Assembly (NCBI GenBank): GCA_046563655.1
Contig: CM102290.1
Location: forward strand, 310,001-374,000
DNA from: Yuukianura sp. NJ FZ-2021
Lineage: Eukaryota
Length of the DNA: 64,000 bases
Direction of reading: 5' to 3'
The translations under genes and the position numbers were made by a program. The notes below the pieces were generated by a model, which had not been told where the DNA came from, searched no databases, and worked only from the letters and a program-made list of their open reading frames with translations. This document shows, in pieces, positions 48,401 to 60,272 of this stretch. Numbering within the stretch: the stretch's first letter is position 1; each line of letters starts with the position of its first letter.

Positions 48401-51400
48401 GAATAAAGCGGAATAATGAGGTTGTTCCAGAAGTCCTATGCAACTTTCCCCTCCTTGTCTCCATTACATACTAACAAAGTTTGTCCCAAGGGTCGGGGAC
48501 CCTTGTCCCCAAGGGCACCCCTCAGGGGGGGGCACTGTAAGGACAATGACAAAAACCTAATTCAAGACTTCCGATGTCCACAACCTCAATTCCCATTCCA
48601 ACATATTTTTTTCTTTTTGTTAACCCCCCCCCTTCTTCCTCCCCCGAGCATCTATAGGTATATCTAACCTATATCTTGTATCATATAGCAGATAGGATGT
48701 ATCTAACTCATGTGGCGCCTTCCGATTCCGTCCTGTGTACAATGGAGCCAGATAGCTCAATTGGTAGAGAGCTCTTCTCGGAGTACAGACATATGGGTTC
48801 GAGTCCCACTCGGTTCTTTATTTTTTATTGTATAGATATTCATTATTTTATGCTATATAGCGTTATATGGCTTCCAATCTACAACATACATAAGCATATG
48901 GAAGGTATATGTACAGTAGTATATCTAAGATATATGTTGACACCCCCCCCTTTTCTCCGTAGCCCTTAAATCTTTGAAGTGAGATCTTTAACTAGGAAAA
49001 GTCAAGTGGACCGCTCTGTCTGTTCTACATATTTAAGTACGGCACTTCTCTCAAAGACTTTTGAAGAGACACTAGCACCACTTTTCCTGCCAATTTTCAA
49101 AACACTGAAAAAAAACGAAAACTTCTTAACACAGAGTAGTTCAGATTTCAAAGCAGTGTTAACGCTCTAATTGTTAGTTCTCCGTTTTTTTTTTGCTAAG
49201 TTTTAAGTCTCAATACGATTTTGTGCTAACTTGTTCATCAGTTTTGCTCATCTGTGATTTGACTCCTTAGTGAAAAGAAAGACAAAAGTGAACAAATTTT
49301 TGAAGGGAAAGTTGCTCAATTCCAGCGGAGAAAGGAAGAATCTGGGCCAACTTCGGATGGAATTCGGAGTCTTTTGCCCGCTCTCTGTTCTTCTGTAGAC
49401 TCTGTAGTCTCTCTGTCCTTGGCATAAGTTTTTGGTTTTCCTTTGAAGTCTCTTGGGCCACGGGAGACGACAAGGCGGGAACTGAATTTTGTTTATGATT
49501 TTCCCTTGCGCTTGGGAGAAAGTGGAGAGGAAGTGGAGTTGAGAAGTTACGACTCACTTTCACTCCCAAGGAATCCCACCTTTGAATTCCCTTTCCCGGG
49601 CTGTTCAAAAAACCAAAGGAAGTTGGAACTCTCTCACTCCGTCCATTTCGGCGTAGCTGAATGTAAATTTTAGTTGGAGGAGACATTTCAGTTCCATTTC
49701 CAGGAAGAGTCGTCGTGAGGGACTCGCAAATCAGTCCACTCCATTTACACCCTTCGACAACAAACAGGAGTAGAAAGAAACATTACACTTAAAGTAACTA
49801 GACGCCTTCAGAACCTAACATAAGAGTATAGTAGAGGAATCGATGCCATTTTATCGAAACCGAGAGACGTGGGTTCGATTCCAGCTAGGAGCAGAGAGAG
49901 AGGTGGGCGTATAATGTGCATCCGGCGCCCTCTTAGGGATTTGTTTTGATTGGAAAAGGTGACTCTTTTAGATTCTCAGAAAAAATACAGAGTTGCTTAA
50001 AAGTAGTGAAACTAACCAAGGTTTTTCAAAAAAAAATTGGCGCGGTTTTTTTATTTTATTTTGCCTCCCAGACAGAAAAAAAACTAAAATTTTCTTTTTG
50101 GCTTCTGTTTTAAATAGAAGATTCTGCGTTTTTGGAATTTAAATTCTTTTGAATTTGCGACTTTTTTGGAATTTTCTTTTGAAAATAAGACCGAAAAGTG
50201 TGAACGACTCTGTATAAGAAGATGCTGCGGAGTGTATATAGAAAGGAATTGGAAGATTAGACTGAGAAAGACTCCACATGTTCACCTGCCAATCTCAAAT
50301 CCAAGAGGAATTTGAAAGTTGCCGCCGTTCGTCTCTCTTTTTTTTTTGAAAATCCTCTTTGGCGCGTCTTTTCCCGTTGGCAGAGCCATGCATCTCCAGC
50401 AGAAAAGAAACAATGGTTGGAGTTGGTCCATGGTAGGAGATCAGGAGCAGACGGAGAGAAATTGCATCTAATTTGTGTGGATGAAGAAGAAAGGAGATTT
50501 GAAAGTTGGAGCGGAAGAGAAAGTGCGGGAAGATGCAGCTTGTCTCAGGCTGCCCCAGCTGGAGAAAATCGATGCTGATGGCTGTGGAGGCTGGGACTTA
50601 AGTTTCCCTTAATGGATTTGATCGTAGTCCTTTGGCTTCCAGTCATCGTGTCCCTACTTTACATGGAAAGGAACTTAGAGCGTTCAGCTCCAGAGGCTCT
50701 CCATTCATCAACAAACACATCAACACTCTCCCACCACTCAACCCAAAGCGCCAAACTTTGAATTTCAAAAGAAACCGGATGCTTTTTGCATCCACAGCTT
50801 CTCCCGCCCTGTCCCACCACAGCCACACTCACTAATTTCTTTGTTTTCCCGCCAAAAGTGTTCATAAACCTCGCTACCTCCACCGGCCCCACCAAAAGTG
50901 TTGGAAATCTTTGGTGGCTCCATTCAAAGCGGTGATTAAGTTGGTGGCTCCACTGAAATTGCTGGTAGAACTTGGTGGCTTCATCCAAGTTGTCGGTGGG
51001 ACTCGATTCCTCCACAAAATTTGTTTGCCGTGGCTCCATGAAAAGTTGTTGCTAGAACTTCGTGGGTCCAGGAGAAGGTGGGGCTCAATGGCCCCACCGG
51101 TTCCAGACAGAACTGGAAGTGCGAAGTAGATGTAGGGACAAGGTGGCGGGGCATTATGGGTGCTAAATGGTTCGTGGAAGAGAAATGGGTGTTTGGGGTT
51201 CTTTAGGTGGTTCGTAGTGGTATCAGTTGTAATGTGACACGCCGTAGGAGGACGATGATGCGGAGAGAACATAATCGGGCTCCTAATGGCTTCCAGAGCC
51301 GAGGCGGGTAGCAGCAGAATGCCCGGGTAGGAGCGAAAACTACCCGCCAAACTTCAAATCACAGAACTTCACTCTTAGGACCAAAAGCTCTCCACAACAA

Positions 51401-54400
51401 CAATTTTCTCGAGCACTTTTTTGTCGGTGGTACACGCAAGGGAATGTACACGAATTCCGTCACACTCCAACCCCCCCCCCTCTCTTAGATGGGGGAGGGG
51501 GGTTCGACTGTATTTCCAGAGGGGGGGGGGTTCAGAGGTGGGCAAGTGTATTTCCATCAATAATAAAAACTAAAAAGACAGTGTACAAGTGTAAGCGATG
51601 AGACTTGCTTGGCAAGGCATCAATTGAAAAAAATACTATGGTCAACATTTTCGAACACGCAAGGTAAAAAAAAAGTTTCGAAAAAAAAAGTTTTGTGTTG
51701 AACCATAATTTTGTGCAGAGTTGAAAACAAAATCAATGGTTACAGGTTGAGCACATGTTACTTCATTTAAAAAAAATCCAAAACTTATTGCATTTGCAAC
51801 TTTTCAAAAAAAAAAAACATTTTTTCATTTACTGAATTTAGAATTTTTCAAACAAAAAATATTTTTTTTTCAAAACTTACTGCATTTGCAGCTTTTTAAA
51901 GAAAGAAAAAATGGAAATCAGAGTTCGGGTTGAGAAATTTGTGAATTTGAGACCTCAATTTTGTTCAATTTTAAAATTTTGTTAAAATTAAGTCAAATCA
52001 AAGTTAAAATTTGAATGTTTTTCTAATTTTTTGTTTGAATTTGTGTTTCAGCCGCGCTATTCTGTCGAATCCTGACATTCTACAGTCAACTCCTTGGACC
52101 GAAGTTTGGCTTCACGATTTCTGGGGCACACCTTTGAGTCACTCGGGGTCACACAAGTCATTTCGACCTCTCACGACCTTGACATTTCGTTGGAACCACT
52201 CTATTTCCCCCGACCCCTTCGTCTTCCACCTCACCAACATTGTACTCCACGTCGTCACGACTTGGTTGGTGGGTCGGGTGGCTCGGATCGTCTTCTCTCC
52301 CGCCTCATACGCCCCACCACCCCACCCCCCGTCCCACCTCCACCACATGACTAAAAGTAAAGCGTCAGGGGGTCGGAAAATGGCCATCCTCGTGTCAACT
52401 CTTGCCTTTGCTGCTCATCCGCTTCACACTGAAGCCGTAGCGGGAATCGTAGGAAGAGCCGATGTCATGGCAACTGCACTTGGACTGACGACGTTCCTTG
52501 CATATGTCAACCATGTCAAATTTAGAGACAAACATCGAGTTTTGCACAGTGACTCAGAGATAGAAGATTACTCAAGGTCACATTCGGTGTTCTGTGCAAG
52601 GGGGAAGCACTGTCGTCCGACCAGTAGAAAGGGAACGACGAGTCCTGAAGTAGCGACTAAAGGCTTTTTGACTTCTGCGCAGACACTGCGCCTCAAAAGC
52701 TGGAGTTGGTTGGTCCTGAGTGTCTTGATGGCTGGAGCTGCCATGTTGTCAAAGGAACAGGGTATCACTGTCCTCCTTATTTGTGCTACGTTTGACCTTA
52801 TTCGGTCACACATCAAGTCTCGACAGAAACGGGTAACACAGTCTTTACTTTTCAAAAAAACGAAATCTATAAAAAATTCAGACCATTTCTCATACAATTT
52901 TTAGATAAAAGAGGGATTTTTTTCGGTTTTTCTATAGTCTAAAAAAAGTAAAAAAAAATGTCCCCCTTTGAACACAAAATTTTTATTGAGTGTCGTTTTT
53001 TTTTTGTCGATGCTGATGGTGAAAGGTGATATGAAAATGAGATGGCATGTTTTAACCCCCCCCCCCCTCTTTTTTTTAGAAAAAAAAAATCCGAAACGTG
53101 TTCTCAGTTTCTATCTCTCTGCTGAATCTTTATTTTCCAAATCGAAAGTCTCTACCATAATTAAATCTGAATTTATGAGGGGGGATTTGGTCCAAAAAAA
53201 TAAAAAGAGCGGGAAGAGGACGAGATGAGAGAGATTTTGAAGTACAGATAAAGGCAAGAGCAACTACAGAAAAGAGAGCGGGAAAAGTAGGGCGCTGACA
53301 AGGGAATGTGAATATAAATTCAAAATTAGCTCCTATTGGCGCCATTTACTTCTGTACTAAAGTTTAGGTCAGGCTAGAACCACTCCCTCTTTTGCTAATT
53401 TCTGCTTTCTCTACTTCCTACAACGTCCAGAACCTACTCCTTTCTTATCAAAAACTAACCCCCCCTATCTTATGCTAGTTTCTTACCCCGCCCGCCACAT
53501 CTCTCCCCTCATTGATTCTTCCCTCAAAATTTCAATCCAATCAACACAACTCTGTTCGTCTAAAGAGAAAGTTCTAATTACGCCGCTTCTTTCCACTTTC
53601 TCTTTTACTTTTAATTCTAATAGTCTCTCTTCCATGGTTTTCTGAGAAGCAAAGGGGGGCCAGGGGCAGTGAAAGCGCGGGAAGGATCTTGTTTCAAACT
53701 TAGCCGCCGCCAAAGCCCCTCTAACCCCTCCCCCTTCAAGACCTCCCCCCCCCCACCATGCCTCGTGCTCTGCGTGGTTTGTAAAGGGAGCAAAAGCAAA
53801 TAGACGGAGAGCTCTTGGATGCCTTTTGGCTCTGCTTTCTCTTCATGAAAACCAAACTTTCTCTGACAAAACCAGAATCAACAGTTTCTCTCTCCTTCCC
53901 CCTGGCCAACCACGTACTACTCCCTAAACTCACAAGAAACACGAAACTCAGGATCATTTACCTTATTTGTCCTCTGCCCACTCAATTTGATTTACTAAAT
54001 TTCAAAAAAAAAAATCAAACAGTTTTAGTTTCAAAATCATCCTTTTTTCAAAAAGAAAGTTCAAAGTTTTCCACCAAACGCCTGTCTCCTTTGAAGCATC
54101 TCAGGCAGCAGCTAGAGAATCTCCGACTGCAGAGACAAAATTATGAAAGTGAATAAAAAACACTCGAAAAATCTAATTTCAAAATTTTAATTTTGAAAAT
54201 ACAGTCCAGGATTAACACATCGCTAGAACATGTTTCAATTTACGATGAAACTTGACCTATTTTTAGCTTTTTGTTAGGCTATGTTAGCCTAACTTGGTAC
54301 ATAACCTAATGAGGTTGCCAAGAATCTGAGACATTTTAAACTTAACTTTTTCGGTAAACAAAGGAAATGAAGACGGTGGAAGCTATGCGGGTATGTGTTC

Positions 54401-57400
54401 TGATGGGGGCTTTTTCTCTTTAAATTTTCAAAAAAAAAATATGTTTTAAAAATACTCTGAAAATGTTTTAAACAAGTAGGTTGAATTTTTTTTTATGATC
54501 ATGAAGGTATTGTCTGTATGGGGGGAGAGACGTGGCAAATGTGTGTGAGACTTGAAAGTGTTTGTGGAGTGAAAGTGAGAAAGGGGAGGTGGAGGGGGGC
54601 GGGAGACAGTCTTTTTGAATTGGGTTTCTTTGTAAGTAAGGAAATGGAATGAAGGAGTCTCTGTTCATGGGGGAGAATGAGGAGTCAACCGAAGGGAATT
54701 TGTTCATTTTCAACATTCCAGTCACGCACAGTTCCATCTTTTCCTTCAGTAGTAGTTACTAGGCCTATGTTCTCAGAGTAGTAAAAGAAAGTCCATACGG
54801 AAGACAATGGGAATAGGCTAGGCTTTTGTACAAAGTGGATCCTACGAACTGTCAAAATCCGCCTGATAAATATTCAATATTCTTCCCCGAGCTCAATCAC
54901 AACCTCCTCAATCGCTTACTTCCACCCAATCATCTTCAGCTTTTCTCCTCCAAATCCCCCTCATAATTTCATCTTTTTTCACACTTTCCAAGTTTCTTTT
55001 TTCTATGTGGTTTCAATTTTTAGCTTTTATTTTATCACGTGGTGGCTAATATTTTTATCATAAATTTTAGTTTCTGTTTTTTTTTTATAGAGTCTCGTTT
55101 TAATTTTAAATTTGAAATTTAATTTTGATTTTCGTTTGTAGTTCATTCTTTTCTTTTTTTAAGTTTTTAGCTTTTGTCTAATTTTTATCAAACAGTTTTT
55201 ATTTTATTGTCATGTTTTTTAATTACGCACATTTCGCTATTTTTCTCCCCTCATATTTTGTAGTCTGTTAGCAGAGTTGTGCGTTTTTTTACAGAAGTAG
55301 ACTTGAAAAAAAATTTTTGTCGAAAGCCAATTTGGAACATGACTACAACATGAAAGAAATCTGTAAACAGTCAATTTAAAATCAACACTTAAGAAATGAA
55401 ACCCAGAACAAATTTTTGTCAAGTGTTGAAAATTTCATCAAAGGTCAACTTTCACCCCAATTTTTTTTTCTTTTCTTGTCCAAATTTTTCCTAGCACACT
55501 GCTCTGCCCAATTTTGTTTTACACGGAAGAGGGATAAAGAAAAAAGACTTTGGCAGAAAAAAACTTTAGTAACTTTTTGATTCCATTAGTTTGAGTTGTT
55601 GAGTCTAAAAAAAACTCGAAAAGTAGAACTTGAGAAGTAGTGCCCAACTCTGTATAAAGCCAAAAACCACAGGAGGGGGCCATATGACAATTTCCCGGAT
55701 TATTTTCTTAGTACATAGTACTTTCTCTTTTTTAGGCTTTCAAAGGTTTTTTGGTTTTCCCTCTCTTTTTTCAAGTCTCAAATTTTTGGAGTGTTTTGTT
55801 TGTTTGGAAGTGGCAGGAAATGAAGCTTGGACGAAGTTTTTTATTTTGGCTCAAAGTGAAAGTACGAAAGCCAAAAAAAGAAACAGATTTTTTCACACCC
55901 TTTTCCAAGAAAGTGGGCGATATTTTCAAAAAAAGTAAGGTTTTTCCCCTCTTTTTTTTCGGGAGTGATTGGATTTGCGTGTTTGAATTTGCTCTTGTTG
56001 ATTCCGGAGGCGATGTTGTAATGTCGTGTCACGAAAAAAAAAACTCCCGCTCTTTTCTTTGAAAAAGAAAAAAGTTTTTGTGTTTCTTTCCGTAAAAACG
56101 ACGTTAAGGTTTAAGTGTTGAGGGGAAAGTGAGTGGCCGCACCACTGAGGGTGCGGCATTGCGAGAGAGCATCTTCATTTTTGCGTTGCTAAGGGAACGC
56201 GGCCTGTCTTCTCCAGAGTTTAATCTCCCCATTTATCCTCCTCTTCCCTGTCTCCGCACCCATAAATTCCACCAGCCAATAGGAACACATTAATTCCCGC
56301 ACAAAAGACACTCAAAAAAAAGCCCGCCAAAAGACCGCCACCTAAGTCTTCCTTCATTGGTCCATAAAACACACAACAGTAGTTCCTGCTGTCTTTGGCT
56401 CCAAGTGCTTTCTCTCCTTATGCTTTTCCGAATAAAACTTTTGGCGGGAAAGACTTTATGTCGGTCCGACATTGACCTTTGACAGTAACCTTGGTCAAAA
56501 ATCACTAAAAAAAAGTTTCAAGGTCACACAAAATTTGGGTTTGATTTTGTCGTCAATTTTTGGAGATTTTTCGTGATACAGGATTTTGCAAGGTTGCTAT
56601 AGCAACGAAATAGTTTTTCTTTAACAGGTTAGGAATAAGTCCTGTTCTGGAAAAATCTTGAGTCAAGCTATTTTTTCTGCCTTTTACTCCTGTTCTACAT
56701 TGAATTTGTCAATTCAAAAGCCATGTCTCCGATTTTTTTTAATTCCGTTTACCATACCAACCGCGATTGAAACTAGGTTTCCACCTTGGGATTTAGCGAT
56801 TTTGATTTTTCAGAAAATAGTAGTGTCAATTTTTTTTGTAGAATTTTTTTCAACTAGTTTTTTGAATTTGACTATGTTTTTTTTACAGGACCGAACCCCA
56901 CCGTGGAAACTAGACTGTTTCTGGAGCGTGGTTGCCTTGGCGACGGCCTTTGTCGTCCTATTCGCGTTACGAATGTACGTCATGGGTGGGTTCCTTGAAG
57001 GCCCCACATTCTCAAAAGCCGACAATCCCACGGCCCACCAAACCCACCTCCTCACCCGCCTCTTCACGTTTCTCTACCTCCCTGTATTCAACTTTCACCT
57101 GCTCCTGTTCCCACGCAGACTCAGTTACGACTGGTCCATGGACGCCATTCCACCAATCACAAGACTCTGTGACCTGCGCAACCTCTTCTCAGCCATCTTC
57201 TACTGCGTCTTAGCTCGACGCATCTTCATTAGTTTTCAAGCCATCAAGTCCCCCCCTCCAGAAGAGCCTTCAAGAACCAAGGGCCTTTGCCCCCTCTGCT
57301 GGATCAATCCTCTCCAACGAACCAACAACAACTCTCTCCTCTGCAGACCCAGTGTTGACATGACCTTCAACTATGGGTCAATGACCTTGAGGTCAAACGG

Positions 57401-60272
57401 GGTCACGAAACCGGGTCGTGGACGACCGGCACTGGCTCGATCGTGTCACAGTGTACCGAAACCGGAGCCGACTCGTCGTCCGACAATCCACGGAGCTCTG
57501 CTGCTCCAAATTGCTTTTATCGTTTTGCCGTTCCTCCCTGCGACAAATTTGTTCTTTTACGTCGGTTTTGTCGTCGCAGAACGCGTGACGTACATGCCGT
57601 CGGTCGGATTTTGTCTCCTCCTTGGCCACGGTGCGCTCCATTTTTGGTCAGACGGAGTCGGACGAAAAGGAAAGTTCCTGTTCAGTTTTAGTGCAACGGT
57701 GTGTGTGGTCGTGTTTTGTCTCCAAACGGTTCTTAGAAATGAAGACTGGACGACGGAAGAGCGTCTCTACCGTGCTGGAATTCAAATCAATCCGCCGAAA
57801 TCCTGGGGCAACTTGGGTCACGTGCTAAGTCAAGCGGGACGCCGGGCGGAAGCGGAAGTGGCATATCGACAAGCACTCACTTTCCGCTCTAACATGGCTG
57901 ACGTCCACTACAATCTGTGAGTTTTTTCTTTTTAAGCTGAGCAAATAGAGACTTCGGTCCAATTTCAGAGGGAAATTGGGCAGGAGCCAACAAGAAACCA
58001 ATCTCACAAATAACCTTCAAGTCCAATCACCCACGGGATCTACAACTCCAAAGTCACTTTCTCTCTCTACCCACTTTTAAATCTAACTCAATCTACCTCC
58101 CTCTTTTCAAAAAAATAGACGTTTTTTGAATTTTCCCACTTTGAATTCTAAAAATAAATTTTTTGTACACCTTGGAACAGGAATTGTTTTGAATTCATTC
58201 AAGGTTCCTTGACAACAAAGAGCGAATTTTTTTAACAGGTTGGGTACTATACCTCGCTTGTTGACAAAAAAAAACAGAAAAAGTAAAAATCGCTACCAAT
58301 TTTAATACCACTCCAAAAAAATGCATGGTACCAATTCGTATGCAAAATTTACAAAAATCGGCTGTATTGTTATGACTACGATGTCCTGAAATGAAAAGTT
58401 ACTCTTTTTTTTTTTGCAAAAGAAAAAAAAACTCAGCTGTTACCAGTTGTCAGCTGAATGAAAATTAAAAGTGAACAAACCTTGGATTCAATTTTGTTTT
58501 ATCGAAAATCGAACATTTATTTGAGAAATTATTTGGAATCATCATTGTTTTTTTTTAAATGAATGTTTTTTTGAAATTTGAAAAACAACTTTTTTATGTG
58601 CTTAAAGGCTGAAAGAAGATTACGTCTCGTCGTCGTCTCTGGCTGAGACAACGAATTTTTTAAATATTTGATTCCATTGGAGTTGTTCAAAAGTTGAATT
58701 TGTTTGGGCACTTTTTCTTTTTTTTTTTTTAGAAAAGCCTTTTTTTTTTATAGAAAAGTAGAAAAAGTTTTTGAATAAACCTTTAGTGCAAGGAGAAATC
58801 GAAGAAAGAAATTTTAAGAAGCCAAAAAAAATTTTTAAGAACTTCTTTTCCATTTCCTTTGGCATTAGAACAAAGTCTTTTGAATTTAATTTTTTCAAAA
58901 AAAGAGAGGGAAAAACAAAAGAAGAATTAGAATAGAACGTGATTTTTTAAAAAAAGTAATTGAAAGAAGAAATTTCTCATCGCCTGAGCTTGACAGCCTC
59001 CTACTTTCTCTTACTTCTCTACTGAAATCCCCCCATAGTGTCACAACCATCTTTCCCATCACTCTGCCCTGCTTTAGCCCAACACCAGGGGGGATTTACG
59101 TTTCAAAACGACTAGTTTTTCAAAAAATGTTTTGGAGTGAGTGAAAATAACGTTAGAAGCACATGAAATAGTTTCAATTTTCAAAAACTCCCGCCAGGCA
59201 AAAAAAAAAGCCCCATCGAGGTGGAAACAAAAACGTATTTGACAGGGAAGTGGCGGGAGAGAGAATTTTTTTTTTTATATTTTGGCATTCAAATCCTTTT
59301 TAGACTTTTTGAAAAGCGAAAAAAGAAAAGACACAAATAACATTCATCCAATTTCTTAGATTTTGACTCAAAGGAGAAGAAAAAAAAGTTAAAAACACTT
59401 CAAAAACACCTAACTCTTTTTTTTCTTTTTTTTTAGAGTGTATTATAGACATTTTGGCAGAGAAAGTAAACACAAATCCTCGCCACACTTTTCTTCCTTA
59501 GTTTTTTTCAAAATTCAAAAAATTTCGTTTTCGCGCACTTTCACCTCTACAAACTTCCTTCTCCTTTCACCCTACTTTTCTTAACTCTTAATATTTCTCA
59601 ATAGTAATCTAATTTGAAACTTACACGCCCTTTTATCATGTTACCCAACAACACTTTCCAGATTAGGTTAGGTTGAGACTTAGATAAGCTTCGTTAGGCT
59701 AAAAAACGAACTTTAGACTTAACATGTTACGCTAGACAAGATCAGGTTATAGGCTTTTTACAAAATTTGACACAGATTAGCTCAAAGTTTTTACAAAATA
59801 AATCTGGAAACTATTCCCTTCAAGGTTCCTTTACAGCCGAATTGTATTTCCTACAACAGATTGTCCAATAACTCGGGGTTTGCAGTTGCTGAAATAATTT
59901 GTTCCACTAATTCCAATTTCTTTACCTCCAAATAACTACTATAGGAAAAAAGTTTTCAAATATTTTAACAAAATGAAAAAACATGGAGTTATTGGATAAC
60001 CTAGTGTAGAAAAAACCTTCTTTTTTTTTGTTTACGAACCTTGACTCGCTTTTTTCTTTAAAGTTTTACAGCAGTTTGGTGTTTCCAATTGGATTTAAAA
60101 AATGATAGACTTTTTTGAAAAATAAAATTTTCAATTTTTCCAAAATGTTGACATTTTTTGTGACGTCTTTTTTCTATTTTTTGCAGCGGTCTGTTGGTTG
60201 AAAAAGAAGGACGCCTGGAAGAGGCTTTGCTCTGCTATCGATCCGCCATCCAATTCCGACCACTACTCGCCC
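39490..60272 (+). CDS. Tmtc2: TMTC2-like protein O-mannosyltransferase (TM region + DUF1736 + TPR), first four coding exons; 3' end beyond window
   Basis: Exons 39490-39581, 52052-52832, 56889-57916 and 60187-60272 splice in frame: YLNTLKGNFVYDDSRAI, HDFWGTPLSHSGSHKSFRPLT, HPLHTEAVAGIVGRAD, AMLSKEQGITVL, FSKADNP, LSYDWSMDAIP, PFLPATNLFFYVGFVVAERVTYMPSVG, then TPRs (NMADVHYNLG). Confidence 0.95.
40775..40878. repeat. Tandem repeat, ~26-bp unit (CCCACTTTGGCCCCACYTAAG...)
   Basis: 4-5 imperfect copies visible. Confidence 0.75.
42480..42621. repeat. Tandem repeat, ~31-bp unit CAGGCCTCAGTGACGAAAGTTTTTTTAAATT
   Basis: About 4.5 near-identical copies with no spacers. Confidence 0.9.
44040..44443. 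mobile_element. Mariner-like foldback MITE, palindromic along its whole length
   Basis: Termini CGAGGGAACATTCCCAACC...GGTTGGGAATGTTCCCTCG followed by TA; the ~200-bp arms are imperfect reverse complements centred near 44241. Confidence 0.8.
45080..45215. mobile_element. Tc2/pogo-like MITE
   Basis: TA-CCGTATTTCCTCGCCTATAA...TTATACGCGAGGTAATATGG-TA; CCGTA termini and TA flanks are typical of the Tc2 group. Confidence 0.75.
46132..46242. mobile_element. Short MITE (CAGRCATGCCAAAAATATTT TIR)
   Basis: CAGACATGCCAAAAATATTT...AAATATTTTTGGCATGCCTG; related copy at ~34570-34775. Confidence 0.7.
46266..46457. mobile_element. hAT-like MITE (family A)
   Basis: TIR CAGTGTTGCTGGATG...CATCCAGCAACACTG; flanks TCAAGCGG/TCAAACGA (6/8). 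Confidence 0.8.
46944..47114. mobile_element. hAT-like MITE, CAAGG family
   Basis: CAAGGTT...AACCTTG within an A8/A8 context; first ~70 bp shared with 58200-58484. Confidence 0.7.
48745..48817 (+). pseudogene. Degenerate tRNA / tRNA-derived SINE head
   Basis: A-box TAGCTCAATTGGTAGAG, B-box GGGTTCGAGTCCC, acceptor-like GAGCC(A)GA/TCGGTTC and a downstream T-run. The anticodon stem is mismatched (CTCTT/TACAG) and the acceptor has a bulge. Confidence 0.65.
56589..56788. mobile_element. hAT-like MITE, CAAGG family
   Basis: CAAGGT...ACCTTG; flanks GGATTTTG/GGATTTAG (7/8); homologous to 35492-35746. Confidence 0.8.
58200..58484. mobile_element. hAT-like MITE, CAAGG family
   Basis: CAAGGTT...AACCTTG; flanks AATTCATT/GATTCAAT (6/8). 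Confidence 0.7.
59821..60043. mobile_element. hAT-like MITE, CAAGG family
   Basis: CAAGGTTC...GAACCTTG; flanks ATTCCCTT/ACTCGCTT (6/8). Confidence 0.65.

Noticed and set aside
48745..48817. Functional tRNA-Pro(CGG)
   Set aside because: Anticodon stem mismatches, acceptor bulge, and D- and T-stem mismatches.
50905..51072. Repeat-spacer pattern as a CRISPR array
   Set aside because: The core is only ~12 bp and degenerate, spacing is irregular, and there is no cas context.
56658..56888. N-terminal part of the 420-aa ORF
   Set aside because: Intronic and partly MITE-derived; the real exon starts after TTTTACAG at 56889.
59660..59700. TTAGG telomere-like motifs (also near 47200-47260 and 47460-47500)
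   Set aside because: Only 2-3 scattered copies; no true array.
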